From NCBI GenBank assembly GCA_964011675.1, contig CAXGPR010000008.1:1158-65157 (forward strand): a stretch of 64,000 bases of DNA. The letters are read 5' to 3'. Below, piece after piece: positions 29,092 to 39,529 of this stretch. Origin of the DNA: an uncultured bacterium. Its GTDB lineage: Bacteria > Latescibacterota > UBA2968 > UBA8231. The translations under genes and the position numbers were made by a program. Below the pieces are notes generated by a model. It searched no databases. It had not been told where the DNA came from and saw only the letters and a list, made by a program, of their open reading frames with translations. Each line of letters begins with the position of its first letter. The first letter of the stretch is position 1.

Positions 29092-30137
29092 CCTATGCAC
29101 CGCCCGCTCTGTCCATCAAAGAGACGCACCCCGTCAGCCTCGAGTTCAATGCCGACAAGGTCGCCCGGCCGATGCCCCGTGGCTACATCCGATCGGATTA
29201 CCCAACGACCGCAGGACGTTTCTACGTGCACATAGCTACAGGATCCCATGTATTCCTCTACTAACACTTGGCCGCGCAGCGTACCCTCGCCCGATAGACG
29301 CACGTACTCGGGCCGGATGCCCAACGTCAGCGCACCCGCGGGCCATTCCCCCGCCAACGGCCAGACGAGTTCGCCTGCCCTAAACGCTCCATCGCACACC
29401 TGTCCCTCGGCAAAGTTCATTCCTGGACTGCCTATAAAGTGAGCGACAAAAAGATCTGCGGGGTCTGCATATACGTCCGCCGCTCGTGCGCTCTGTCGTA
29501 TCGTTCCCCCTTCCATGACAACAACGCGGTCGGCAAGGCTCATAGCCTCTTCCTGATCGTGCGTAACGTATAAAGTCGTCACGCCGTCTCTCAGCTGCTG
29601 GTCGCGAATCAGTTCGCGCATGGCCAGCCGCAGATCCGCATCCAAAGTGCCCAACGGTTCGTCCATCAAGTATAGACGAGGCTGACGTACCATAGCCCGC
29701 GCCAAAGATACACGCTGCTGGTCACCTCCGGAGAGTTGGTTGGGATAGCGATCCAGTATAGCTGCGAGGCCCAATCGCTCCGCCATAGACTCGACTCGCT
29801 GCACCTGTGCATCTGGAGAAAGCCCCCTATCCTCAAGGGGAAAAGCCACGTTCTCGCGTACGGTGAGATGAGGATACAGCGCGTAAAACTGAAAGACGAA
29901 TCCCACGTCACGGCGCTGTGGAGGCCACGGGGCCATATCTGCTCCCTCGAGGAAAATCCGACCAGCACTCGGCTTTTCCAACCCGGCGACCATGCGCAGT
30001 GTGGTGGTTTTCCCACAACCAGAAGGACCGAGCAGGACGATCAATTCTCCCGCCTCGCAGGATAGGTCGACCCCGCGCACGGCTTCCGTTCCATCTGGAT
30101 AAGTCTTTGACAGCGACTCCAGTCGGAGAAAGCTCAT
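29088..30137 (-). CDS. Sugar ABC transporter ATP-binding protein
   Basis: GPSGCGKTT, LSGGDQQRVSLARA, MDEP, YVTHDQEEA. Confidence 0.95.
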   Translation of the reverse strand: MSFLRLESLSKTYPDGTEAVRGVDLSCEAGELIVLLGPSGCGKTTTLRMVAGLEKPSAGRIFLEGADMAPWPPQRRDVGFVFQFYALYPHLTVRENVAFPLEDRGLSPDAQVQRVESMAERLGLAAILDRYPNQLSGGDQQRVSLARAMVRQPRLYLMDEPLGTLDADLRLAMRELIRDQQLRDGVTTLYVTHDQEEAMSLADRVVVMEGGTIRQSARAADVYADPADLFVAHFIGSPGMNFAEGQVCDGAFRAGELVWPLAGEWPAGALTLGIRPEYVRLSGEGTLRGQVLVEEYMGSCSYVHVETSCGRWVIRSDVATGHRPGDLVGIELEADGVRLFDGQSGRCIG

Positions 30138-30298
30138 GACTCGTCCAGTTCCATATGCGACGTTGCAATGTGGAGCACGGTAAAAAGCGCCGTCGCGAAA
30201 AAACCGTAGCGTAGCCCCTCTGTCCACCACGGGTTCAACATGAGACCAACGCCGGCAGTCATCCCAATTTGGGCCATTCTATCGATTAGACGCTTCAT
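30134..30298 (-). CDS. 54-aa two-helix membrane protein inside ABC operon
   Basis: MKRLIDRMAQIGMTAGVGLMLNPWWTEGLRYGFFATALFTVLHIATSHMELDES; ATGA overlaps on both sides. Confidence 0.75.
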   Translation of the reverse strand: MKRLIDRMAQIGMTAGVGLMLNPWWTEGLRYGFFATALFTVLHIATSHMELDES

Positions 30299-31155
30299 TG
30301 TTTGAGCGTCCCGAAAGTAACGCCGCGTAGCAAGTGCTTGCGCACGAGCACGGTGAAAAGAATAATGGGCAGCACAAAAAGCAGCACACCTGCACCTACC
30401 TGCGGCCATGGAATCCCCTGCACGTTGCCCTGTAATCCTGCGAAGTAAACCGGAACCGTCACCGCATCCTGGTTGTTCAACGTCATGGCAAAGCCGTACT
30501 CGTTCCACGCCGATATCAGGCAAAAGACACCCGTAACCGCCATGCCGGAGGCGGCTCTGGGTATAATGACCAAGCGAAAGGCCTGCAAACGAGAATAGCC
30601 GTCGACCAGCGCGGCCTCTTCGTAGGCTCGCGGTATCTCGTCTATAAAACCCTTCATCAACCACACCGCAAGCGACAGGTTAAAAACCGTGTAGAGCAAG
30701 ATCAGGCCCAAATGCGTGTTTTGCAGATCAAATTCTCGATACATCATTAGCACCGGCACCACGACGGCCAGCGGAGGCAAGAAGCGCGTCGAAAGGATAA
30801 AGAAGAGCCAGTCCTTTGCTCCGGGAATGGGAAACCGGCTAAAGCCATAAGCCGCGCTCGTGCCAATAAGGACGGAAGCCAGCGTGCTGAACAGCCCAAT
30901 CAACACGCTGTTTTTCAGGTAGTGGTAAAAGGCGTGATCGGCACCTGCGTATACTATACCCAACCGCCTGTAGGCATCCAACGTAACCGCAAAGTGCCCT
31001 TCATCCGGAGCCCCAGTAGAACCGGAAGGCAGCCATTTGAGGTGCACGCTAATCGTATCTGGACGCTCTTTTAGCGAAGTGATACCCAACCAGAATAAGG
31101 GCAAAGTCCCCGCACATAAATAGAGTCCAACAAAGAGAAAGCGAAGTCCTCTCAC
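30295..31155 (-). CDS. Carbohydrate ABC transporter permease
   Basis: AAYGFSRF, EAA loop IPRAYEEAALVDG, AWNEY. Confidence 0.95.
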   Translation of the reverse strand: MRGLRFLFVGLYLCAGTLPLFWLGITSLKERPDTISVHLKWLPSGSTGAPDEGHFAVTLDAYRRLGIVYAGADHAFYHYLKNSVLIGLFSTLASVLIGTSAAYGFSRFPIPGAKDWLFFILSTRFLPPLAVVVPVLMMYREFDLQNTHLGLILLYTVFNLSLAVWLMKGFIDEIPRAYEEAALVDGYSRLQAFRLVIIPRAASGMAVTGVFCLISAWNEYGFAMTLNNQDAVTVPVYFAGLQGNVQGIPWPQVGAGVLLFVLPIILFTVLVRKHLLRGVTFGTLKQ

Positions 31156-32039
31156 GAAGCGCTCTCCCGCTGCAGTCGCCCCATGTAGCGCAGAAATACG
31201 CTGGCCAGCGCGATTACGAGCACGAGGATGACATACGAGTAGGCAGTGCCCAGCCCCACTTTCCCGTCGCGAAAAACCGTCTGGTAAAGGAGCGCACTCA
31301 GAGTCTGCGTGACCCGGTCATTGGGGCCTGTTAGGGCCATTATTAAGTCAAATTGCTTAAGGGCATCCGTCGCGCGCAGCAACACGGCTAACCCCAGCAG
31401 AGGCGCACACATGGGCAGCGTTATGCGGCGGAAGGTGCGCCAAGAAGACGCTCGGTCAATCGCCGCTGCTTCGTATATATAAGGGGGAATGGACTGTAGA
31501 GCCGCAAGGGATATGAGCATCATAAAAGGCGTCCACATCCACACATCCACCATGAGCACGGAAATAAATTTTAGGTCGGGATCCGTTATCCACTGCGGCT
31601 GTGAGAATCCCATAAAGCTCAGCGCCTGATTAAACGCACCGTAGTTGCCATTGAGAATAAGCTTCCAGAACAGGCCCATAACTGCTTGGGGCAGCATCAT
31701 GGGAATGAGGAGCATAGTTAAGACGAGGGGCTTTAGCGCAAAGCGATCGCGCAAGGCGTAGGCCAGCCCAAAACCCAAGAGCAGTTCGCAGGTTACAGCA
31801 AGGAATACGAAGAGCGCCGTAGTGCGCAGAGCCTGACCGTATTTGGCAAACTTAAAGACGATCTTATAGTTGAGGACGCCGACCCAAGCCGCATCACTTC
31901 CCACTAGATCGGCGTTAGTAAAGCTCAGCACGACACTGTATAACAGCGGGAAAATATTCACTGCTATTAGCAAAACGAGGGCTGGCGCAACAAATCCATA
32001 CCGCAGCCAGCCCCGATCCCAACCCTCACGCATTCGCAT
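31152..32039 (-). CDS. Carbohydrate ABC transporter permease
   Basis: DVWMWTPF, LQSIP..IYEAAAID, ALTGP. Confidence 0.95.
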   Translation of the reverse strand: MRMREGWDRGWLRYGFVAPALVLLIAVNIFPLLYSVVLSFTNADLVGSDAAWVGVLNYKIVFKFAKYGQALRTTALFVFLAVTCELLLGFGLAYALRDRFALKPLVLTMLLIPMMLPQAVMGLFWKLILNGNYGAFNQALSFMGFSQPQWITDPDLKFISVLMVDVWMWTPFMMLISLAALQSIPPYIYEAAAIDRASSWRTFRRITLPMCAPLLGLAVLLRATDALKQFDLIMALTGPNDRVTQTLSALLYQTVFRDGKVGLGTAYSYVILVLVIALASVFLRYMGRLQRESAS

Positions 32040-32050
32040 TAACCGAGCGC

Positions 32051-33355
32051 TTACTGCATCTCTAGGAGGCCGGCTTCCATAAGGATCATTTCGTGCTCTT
32101 CGGCAAGCGCATCCAGCGCCTCCCTCGGTTCGCGCACCCCGTCCAGCGCCTCGCCTAAATGCTGTACAGCCGCTGCCAGAAGTTCATTGTAGACGGGCAC
32201 GTTCCAAAAATCGCGTAGGTGGTCCAATGACTCGGCAAACGTCGCATTATACGGTGAAGCGGCGCGGAAAGCCTCGCTTTCCAGCAATTCCGTATTGGCC
32301 GTAAAGCATCCGGGAAAAGTAATCCATTTCTCCTGCACCCGACGCTGCTGAAACCAAGCGATAAACTGTTTGGCCAATTCCTGCTGGCCAGCCGACGTCT
32401 TTTTAGAAATGCTAAACCCCTGTCCCCCCAGAGAAATAAAACGGCGATCGCCGTTACGCGGGACCTTAAAAAACCCCACCTGATCGCCCATGGATTCTAC
32501 AATACCCGGATAGAAGGGAAAATAGTCCAGCACCATGGCCGTCGATCCGTTACTGAACGCCTCTAGGTTAAAATAGTAGTCCGCGTTTTCGCCTCCATCT
32601 GTTGCAAAGTGCAGCAGGTCTTTAAAAAACTGGAGACCCTCTACCGCACCCTCCGAGTTTAAGTGGCCCTGCACCTCAAACGTCTCGGCATCGCCCCAGT
32701 TGCCACCCCAAGCCCACAGAAATGGCTGGAAACCCATCACAATCGAGTCGTAACCGCGCCCCGTCAGCAGAGACATCCCGTAGCGTTTCTGCTCAGGCCG
32801 GTGAAAAAACTCGGCCACGTCGCGAAATTCCTGCCAGGTATCGGGCGGGTGTAACTCACGCCCAAATCTCGCTTTAAACGCTGCGCGCTCGGCCTCGTCT
32901 TCAAACCAGTCTTTGCGATAGACAAAACCAATGGCGTCCGTTTCGCACGGAGCTGCAAAAAACTTTCCACTTCCCGGCGGATATTCACATAGATAGCGCG
33001 CCGCGCGCGGATGGATCGTCTCAATGTCCACGGCCGATGGGAGCCAGTCCGTCAGTTCGAGATACAGACCCTTAGTAGCCCCGCGTCCAATCCACTGACT
33101 GTCGCCGATCACGATGTCGAAGTCCGTTTTGTTGTTGCCGAAGTTGAGAAAGACCTGATCCTGATAAGAAGGCCATGGAATCTGCTTTACTTCGATGGCG
33201 ATTCCCGTTTCGGCCTCAAAATCATTGCCCAATTCTTGCAGGGCCGCAGCGGGCTCCCACTGGGCCCACCAAATGGTTACCTTTTCATCTGCCCAAGCCG
33301 AATTCGCCCACGACAAACACAGCAACAGTATGGAACTAAGCACAGCTCTTTTCAT
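32051..33355 (-). CDS. Sugar ABC transporter substrate-binding protein
   Basis: Signal peptide, FEAETGI, YRKDWF, PPDTWQE, LGGQG. Confidence 0.93.
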   Translation of the reverse strand: MKRAVLSSILLLCLSWANSAWADEKVTIWWAQWEPAAALQELGNDFEAETGIAIEVKQIPWPSYQDQVFLNFGNNKTDFDIVIGDSQWIGRGATKGLYLELTDWLPSAVDIETIHPRAARYLCEYPPGSGKFFAAPCETDAIGFVYRKDWFEDEAERAAFKARFGRELHPPDTWQEFRDVAEFFHRPEQKRYGMSLLTGRGYDSIVMGFQPFLWAWGGNWGDAETFEVQGHLNSEGAVEGLQFFKDLLHFATDGGENADYYFNLEAFSNGSTAMVLDYFPFYPGIVESMGDQVGFFKVPRNGDRRFISLGGQGFSISKKTSAGQQELAKQFIAWFQQRRVQEKWITFPGCFTANTELLESEAFRAASPYNATFAESLDHLRDFWNVPVYNELLAAAVQHLGEALDGVREPREALDALAEEHEMILMEAGLLEMQ

Positions 33356-33452
33356 CGATATCCTCCCCTAAATCCGTCATTGCATTCCCCTCGTCACATG
33401 GGGAACATCGGCCCTTGTTCAACGCAGACCATCGCACAAATTCGCTTGCGGT

Positions 33453-34364
33453 CTATGCGTCTACAGGGCGGGTAAAATTGGATTTAAATTCTGCTTTCCC
33501 TTGAATATTCAGCCCGCGAACGCGGAACAGTCCCCCTCCGCGGTAACTCTTTCCATACGCATCCCAATCGTAGCCGATCGGATCAAGATCACTGCCCGGA
33601 GGGCAGTCAAACGCCGCCGACGTAAAGTACAGCTCATCAAGATCTTTTCCGCCAAACATCACGCTCGACGTCTGCTTAGCCGGCGTGGCGATGCGGCGCT
33701 CTTCCCTTCCTTCGGGATCAAAGCGAATAATGCAGCTCCCAAACCAGTTCGCACTCCACACAAACCCCTCTGCGTCAACCGTCATTCCATCGGGCACGCC
33801 ATCCTCGGCGCTCAACTTAACAAACAGACGACGGTCAGACAGGACCGCCGTTTCGGCCTTGAAATCGTAGGCATAAATCTCACGGGCCATAGCATCGGTG
33901 AAATACATTGTCTTGAGATCGGGCGAGAACCCCATACCGTTAGAGCAGCCAACGCCCTCCTCCACAATGCGGAGAGCTCCGTCGGTAGCCACGTGATATA
34001 GACGTCCCTTCTCTTCGGACAAATAAGTGCCCGCAAACGCCGAACCATCGGGAGCGGCAATCACGTCATTAAAGCGCAGCGGCTGGCCTTCAAAGGACTC
34101 GGGCTGCACGCGCACCCAATCGTCATCCGAATTCCACAGGACGACGCCGTCCCATATAAAACAGGCGTAGCCTCCCGAAGCATTTTGCATGAGTCCTCCC
34201 ACGTTGAATCCGCTGTGAATCTGCCGATTCTCTCCCGTGGATGGGTCGAAACTAAAAAGGCGCCCAGTATGGATATCCGTCCATATCAACGCCTGCTCCT
34301 CCGCATTCCATATGGGTCCTTCGCCGACCACGGCATTCTCTTCTGCCAATTTGTCAATCTCCAT
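33453..34364 (-). CDS. SMP-30/gluconolactonase family protein
   Basis: GEGPIW, RFND, SNGMGFSPD, PDGMTVDAEG, FGGKDLDELY. Confidence 0.95.
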   Translation of the reverse strand: MEIDKLAEENAVVGEGPIWNAEEQALIWTDIHTGRLFSFDPSTGENRQIHSGFNVGGLMQNASGGYACFIWDGVVLWNSDDDWVRVQPESFEGQPLRFNDVIAAPDGSAFAGTYLSEEKGRLYHVATDGALRIVEEGVGCSNGMGFSPDLKTMYFTDAMAREIYAYDFKAETAVLSDRRLFVKLSAEDGVPDGMTVDAEGFVWSANWFGSCIIRFDPEGREERRIATPAKQTSSVMFGGKDLDELYFTSAAFDCPPGSDLDPIGYDWDAYGKSYRGGGLFRVRGLNIQGKAEFKSNFTRPVDA

Positions 34365-34457
34365 AGCCCCCCCTTTCTTTGGCGCGTAAGATACTAAAAG
34401 GCATAGGCAAACTCAATAAAGTTGACAAGTCCACTATCCGTGCCCACAATAAGCGCC

Positions 34458-34961
34458 ATGATCACAGTGCGCGACGCAGTAGAAGCCGATCTACCGGCCA
34501 TTATCGACATATACAATCAGTCTATTCTATCCGGTCTTTCAACCGCAGATACCCACCCCATCAGCGTGGAAGAACGCCGCCCGTGGTTTCGTCAGTTTTC
34601 ACCCAAAAAACGGCCTATATGGGTAGCAGAACGGGCAGGAAAGATCGTCGGATATATCTACATCACCTCGTTCTATGGCGGCCGTCCCGCCTATGACAAG
34701 ACAGCCGAAGTCAGCTTGTATCTGGCCCCAAAGGCTCAGGGACAGGGCCTGGGAACCGACCTCATGCAGCGCATGATTGACGCCTGCCCTCAGCTGGGCG
34801 TCACCACCCTGATCGGCATGCACTTCGACCACAACGAAGCCACAAAACGCCTCAACGATCGCTTTGGCTTCCAACAGGTCGGCTATTTACAGGAAATAGC
34901 CGAAGTATATGGAGAGCAACGCGGCCTGCTCCTTTCCATACTCCGCATCTCCCCACAGTAG
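34458..34961 (+). CDS. GNAT N-acetyltransferase (phosphinothricin acetyltransferase-like)
   Basis: RDA..ADLPAIIDIYN, RPAYDKTAEVSLYL, QGQGLG, FGF. Confidence 0.9.
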   Translation: MITVRDAVEADLPAIIDIYNQSILSGLSTADTHPISVEERRPWFRQFSPKKRPIWVAERAGKIVGYIYITSFYGGRPAYDKTAEVSLYLAPKAQGQGLGTDLMQRMIDACPQLGVTTLIGMHFDHNEATKRLNDRFGFQQVGYLQEIAEVYGEQRGLLLSILRISPQ

Positions 34962-34976
34962 GCTCTTCGGCCGCAT

Positions 34977-36152
34977 CTATTTCCCCTGGGCGGCCCGCTC
35001 AAGGGCCTGCCCCATTTTCGCCACGCGCGCCTTGGTGTTGTCCGGATGCATGGGAATCAGTACAGAGCGCGACAAAATACGCAACGATCCTACGCACATA
35101 TCCTCGCTGTATTCTATCCGCGCCGCTTTGTTGGCCGGTATCTTGAACGGGTCCAAGGCCGGATGGTGGGCTCCTTGGTACCGCAATATCGGCTCCCAGC
35201 GCGTATATACGTGTCGGCCCGTATCCATCGGCAAAAAGTTGCCAACGCCCGCATCGCGCAGTCGATCGCTAAAACCCCTAGCTTCTTTTTCCGTTCGAAA
35301 CTTGAATCCCAAGTGGGTCCCGCACTCATGATCTATACTATTATTTTTAATTGATTTAAGTCCTGAATTTTCCCCTTTTTCGAGCAGTGCTTTTTTGTGG
35401 CTGCGCATCGTATTCAGCATACCCTTTATGCGTCTCAGTTGCACGTTCAGCACGGCGCCCTCTATTTCGGATGCGCGGAAGTTGTGCCCGGCAAACTGTA
35501 GATCATCGCGGTCCTCATCCGGATTCCAGTAAAAGGAGCAGCAGTCGACAGCGACGGAACCGCGTTGATATACGAGTTCGTCATTGGTGACAAAGGCTCC
35601 CCCCTCGCCGCAGGTCATGTTTTTGTAGAAATTAAAGCTGAAGGCCCCTGCGTGGCCCCACGAACCCAAGGGTTTGCCCTCATATCCTCCTCCGACGGCT
35701 TGACAGGCGTCTTCGAGAACGAGCAGGTCATGTTTTTTGGCAATTTGAACAATTCTCTTCATATCACAGGGCAATCCGACCATGTGCACCGGAATAATGG
35801 CCCGCGTATGGCGGGTGATGCGCTTCTTTAGGTCCTTTGGACACAGCGTCAGTGAATCGTCGACGTCGGCGATGACCGGTATAGCCCCTGCGGTTAAAAC
35901 GGCCAGCGCCGTAGCCATGTAGGTGTAGGACGGGACGATGACCTGATCACCTGGCCCAATGCCCATACCTACGAGAGCCGTATACAAAGCCGCTGTCCCC
36001 GAACGAGACAGGCGGCAGTGGTCAACCCCTATATGGCGTGCCCACGCCTTTTCGAATCGATCGCACTCCCCTCCCATGCCATAGCGAAAAATATTCCCAC
36101 TCTCAAAAAGCCCCTCTATGCGTTTGAGTTCTGCTTGGCCGATGCGATACAT
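34977..36152 (-). CDS. DegT/DnrJ/EryC1/StrS PLP aminotransferase
   Basis: SGTAAL, GIGPGDQVIVP, EDACQA, FSFNFYKNMTCGEGG. Confidence 0.93.
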   Translation of the reverse strand: MYRIGQAELKRIEGLFESGNIFRYGMGGECDRFEKAWARHIGVDHCRLSRSGTAALYTALVGMGIGPGDQVIVPSYTYMATALAVLTAGAIPVIADVDDSLTLCPKDLKKRITRHTRAIIPVHMVGLPCDMKRIVQIAKKHDLLVLEDACQAVGGGYEGKPLGSWGHAGAFSFNFYKNMTCGEGGAFVTNDELVYQRGSVAVDCCSFYWNPDEDRDDLQFAGHNFRASEIEGAVLNVQLRRIKGMLNTMRSHKKALLEKGENSGLKSIKNNSIDHECGTHLGFKFRTEKEARGFSDRLRDAGVGNFLPMDTGRHVYTRWEPILRYQGAHHPALDPFKIPANKAARIEYSEDMCVGSLRILSRSVLIPMHPDNTKARVAKMGQALERAAQGK

Positions 36153-37915
36153 ATACTACCTCCTATGTTGGATTCGACGGGCACCAAGCCCCGGACCGAA
36201 TTGACTAAGTAGATTCCTTCTGCGCGTTCTATATCTTCAAAGTGTAAAACCCGTTCCTCAATGCGCTGCTGAGCCAGCAGCTCTGCGCGCAGCGTGCCGG
36301 GCAGCAGGCCACAGACTAACGGCGGAGTCCACCGCCTTCCCTCTAACTCGACTACCAGATTGCCGATGCAAAACTCCGTCAGCTCTCCCTGCTCGTTGTA
36401 TAGAAGCGCTTCGTCCCCCTCTGGAACCCCGGCAAGCGCACGCTCGTAAACCTGCCGATGCGTTGTCTTGTGATAAAGCATGGGATTGTCACGATCTACT
36501 GGCATGGGGGCCCAATGGGCGCGTATAACGGCTCGTTTTAGCGGCAGGAGCGGCGTGCCGACTACCTCAACTGCCCCCTCTTCTGAAACGAGCAAACGAA
36601 CCCGCATCTTACACTTCTTGAATGACTTAGCTGCACGTTCTAGTTCATAAATTATGCGCTCTTCATCCCAGTTATACCCCCAATACTCGGCGGACTGAAC
36701 GAGGCGTTCCACGTGTCGATTTAGCAAGTAATAGGCGCCTTCTTCCCACAGCAGGGTCTCAAGCAGCTTGAATTCTAGACCTGACTGACTTAACACCCGT
36801 GCCTTCACAAAGCACTCGTCGTATTCGCTATCCACCGAAGAATCCCAGGTAATGCCCCCTCCAACCCCATATTCCAACCAACCTCCCATTCGATTCAAGT
36901 GCGCGGTGCGAATAGCGACGTTAAAGCAGGCCTCTAACCCAGGGGAAACGAAACCAATGGCACCGGTGTACACGCCGCGCGCTTGGTGTTCTAGTGCCCG
37001 GATGATTTCCATTGTCCGCACCTTGGGGGCCCCCGTGACCGATGCACAAGGAAAGAGAGCCGCGAAGAGTTCCACCAGACCGACTCCCGCAGCAAGCTCG
37101 GATTGAACAGTGGATGTAAGCTGCCATAGCGTCGGATAACGCTCCGCGTGAAAGAGCGTAGGAACACCGACACTGCCCGAGACTGAAACACGACCTAAGT
37201 CGTTGCGCAGCATGTCTGTAATCATCACATTCTCAGCCCGATCTTTAGGAGATTGAACCAGATCCTCGGCCATTTGATGGTCTTCAGCCAACCAGCGCCC
37301 CCGCCGCCGAGTACCCTTCATAGGCCGAGTCTCTAACCGCCCGTTTTTTAGGCGAAAAAAAAGCTCTGGCGAAACGGAGAGAATGGCGTGGTCTTCCCAA
37401 TCTAGAAAAGCTGCAAAGGGAGCCTGCTGAGCACGAGCGAGCCTGTTATACAGGCTCGCCGGAAGCGCATCCAATGCAGCCCTAAGGCGAAACGTATAGT
37501 TTACTTGGTATGTATCTCCTGCAACTAAGTGCTGCCTTATGGCCTCGAGAGCCGCGTTATAGACTCTTCTCGACTGCATAGATTCCCATACCAAGGAATC
37601 ACAACTGGACTCTGCCGAAAGCCCCTCCCCAGCAATTATCTCGTCTCTGGTGCGGTAAAAGCAAAAGTGAGCAAGCGGCAGATCGATCGGTTCGCGGACC
37701 TCCAAGCGCGGGTCAAGCCCCTGAGCGGCCTCGTAGCTGAGATAGCCTACAGCGTGTAAGCCCGTTTCGGCGGCTTGCTCCACCTGCAGCAGTGCCGGAC
37801 GCACTTGGTCTGCTGTGCGGGCCACAACGCTTCCTTCAGGTTCGGTAAACACGTATGATCGAGCGTCTGTACAACGGGAAAAATCGTCAAGCCTAGCCGT
37901 CTTAAATATGTCCAA
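36116..37915 (-). CDS. pabB: Aminodeoxychorismate synthase component I fused to ADC-lyase (PabB-PabC)
   Basis: GDTYQVNYT, SPELF, PMKGT, KDRAENVMITDMLRNDLG, GAPK; C-terminal class-IV aminotransferase-like HKTT, GLLPGTLR. Confidence 0.93.
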   Translation of the reverse strand: MDIFKTARLDDFSRCTDARSYVFTEPEGSVVARTADQVRPALLQVEQAAETGLHAVGYLSYEAAQGLDPRLEVREPIDLPLAHFCFYRTRDEIIAGEGLSAESSCDSLVWESMQSRRVYNAALEAIRQHLVAGDTYQVNYTFRLRAALDALPASLYNRLARAQQAPFAAFLDWEDHAILSVSPELFFRLKNGRLETRPMKGTRRRGRWLAEDHQMAEDLVQSPKDRAENVMITDMLRNDLGRVSVSGSVGVPTLFHAERYPTLWQLTSTVQSELAAGVGLVELFAALFPCASVTGAPKVRTMEIIRALEHQARGVYTGAIGFVSPGLEACFNVAIRTAHLNRMGGWLEYGVGGGITWDSSVDSEYDECFVKARVLSQSGLEFKLLETLLWEEGAYYLLNRHVERLVQSAEYWGYNWDEERIIYELERAAKSFKKCKMRVRLLVSEEGAVEVVGTPLLPLKRAVIRAHWAPMPVDRDNPMLYHKTTHRQVYERALAGVPEGDEALLYNEQGELTEFCIGNLVVELEGRRWTPPLVCGLLPGTLRAELLAQQRIEERVLHFEDIERAEGIYLVNSVRGLVPVESNIGGSICIASAKQNSNA

Positions 37916-37937
37916 TAGAATACTTTATCCGAATAAT

Positions 37938-39180
37938 TTACGTATATACGAGATGTCGGAATGAGCGCACTTTGTGCAGCGTAATCAAATTGCCATCATG
38001 GGCGCTGTGGGCGCGCGCATCCCCCGAGCGTGCAAGCACTAGCAAATCCTCGCCGACCACCACCATGCTGGCGTAGTGGCGTGCCTGCTGTGGAGTTTCG
38101 CCACGCGCAACGACTCCCGCAAAGCACCAATCAATGCAGTTCCGCGAAAAGTAGAGCCTGAGTATGTGACGCTCGTTATTGGGCAAGTTGTAGCGCTCAA
38201 AGGGCAGTTCATCGGGACGACGCATGCTGTCGGTTGACTACGCTAGAGAGTAGCCAATACAGTCCGCTTCGCTCGTCCCAGAGGATATGAAAACGCATAT
38301 GCCCCCCCGGACAGGGCACGTAGAGAACGAGACGTACGGGCGGCGTATGCTCCAGCTGCGTATGCATATGGCCGTCCGTCTCTTGTACGACCTTTGCAAC
38401 GCAGGCCAGTTGAGTTCCCCCCGTGTGGGCCCACATCCACAGGTGGAGCGTCTGCCCCGCTGGATCGTGCCATACGTGGCCGAGGTCCGTAAATTCGACC
38501 ACATTCGTCTCTAGCCAGCCGGGTGAACTCATTATTCGCTTACCCTCCCGATCAGTTGGACCCGTTTTCCACAGAGGCACGGGACTCAAGTCTGCCGCGC
38601 ACTCAATCTCATAAAAAATCAACTCAGATGCATAAGACCAACTGCTGCTTTGTTTTAAGTGATAATTTATACAAGCCCGCATAAGCATTGGAGCCAGTTC
38701 GCTGACCGGCCATCCAAGATGGTCAAAACGCGATCTTCGCTCCATAACCAAATAGACAAATTCGCCTCGATAGTGGACATTACAGACCGACTGATGCCAG
38801 TATTGCCCCTCCATCAGCGCAACGGGCTTTCCCCAAGTCGTCCCCTGATCATCGGAGCGCATGATGTGTAAATCAGCATCATGCCCCAATACGTAGAGCG
38901 TATCGCCAGCCACCAAGGGACGGGCGGGCATAAAGGGAAACCGCGTGCGCTCAATCCAATGATCGCCTCCATCGTCCGAAGTCCACAGTATCCCCTGCCA
39001 AGCATGAACCCCTTCCCCTCGGGTTCCCTTAGGACCGGGTAAATCGACAACCCCAGGCCCTCCCTGGTCCATTGTAGCAATAAGCCGGCCGCTCTCCAAC
39101 GCAGCTAACCCCGGCGTATAGGCAAAGACACGCCCGGGTTCAGGCGACTCATATAATGCAGTGAAGTCATTGGCCAGCAA
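37938..39180 (-). pseudogene. BNR/Asp-box (sialidase-fold) protein with frameshift
   Basis: Asp boxes SDDGGDHW and SDDQGTTW. The reading ...LYWLLSS continues in another frame as STDSMRRPDELP... across AGC-G-TAG-TCA at ~38238-38243. Confidence 0.8.
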
Positions 39181-39184
39181 AATT

Positions 39185-39529
39185 TTATAAACCTGGTAGT
39201 ATCCATCTTAAGAGAAGGTCAAAAACCGATATAACGGCCGAAGCGACCAGCGTGTGCAGGAAACTGTCTATTTCGAACCCATCGATCATTTTATCGGTGA
39301 TCCACAGGAAAATTGCATTGAGGACCAAGAGAAATAGACCAAGCGTTAGAAAGATAAAGGGAAATGACAGAAAAAATAGAACCCAATAGAGACAAAACTT
39401 GAGCACGCCATATACAGCGGCCACCCCAACGGCCGTCGAAAGCGAATAAATATGAACAAAGGGCAGAATACGCGCGGCGATAAATACCGAGAGACTGAAT
39501 GCCACCCACGACATGAACCATTCCCCCAT
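39185..39529 (-). CDS. YvlD-like 4-TM membrane protein (phage holin superfamily IV family)
   Basis: LSFPFIFLTLGLFLLVLNA...GFEIDSF pattern. Confidence 0.85.
   Translation of the reverse strand: MGEWFMSWVAFSLSVFIAARILPFVHIYSLSTAVGVAAVYGVLKFCLYWVLFFLSFPFIFLTLGLFLLVLNAIFLWITDKMIDGFEIDSFLHTLVASAVISVFDLLLRWILPGL

Noticed and set aside
30299-30664. Upstream part of the 176-aa ORF 30134-30664
   Set aside because: Overlaps the permease out of frame; only the last 54 codons, from ATG 30298, are credible.
39185-39529. Holin-family protein as a sign of prophage
   Set aside because: YvlD-like proteins are common chromosomal membrane proteins; no endolysin, structural gene or integrase is nearby.
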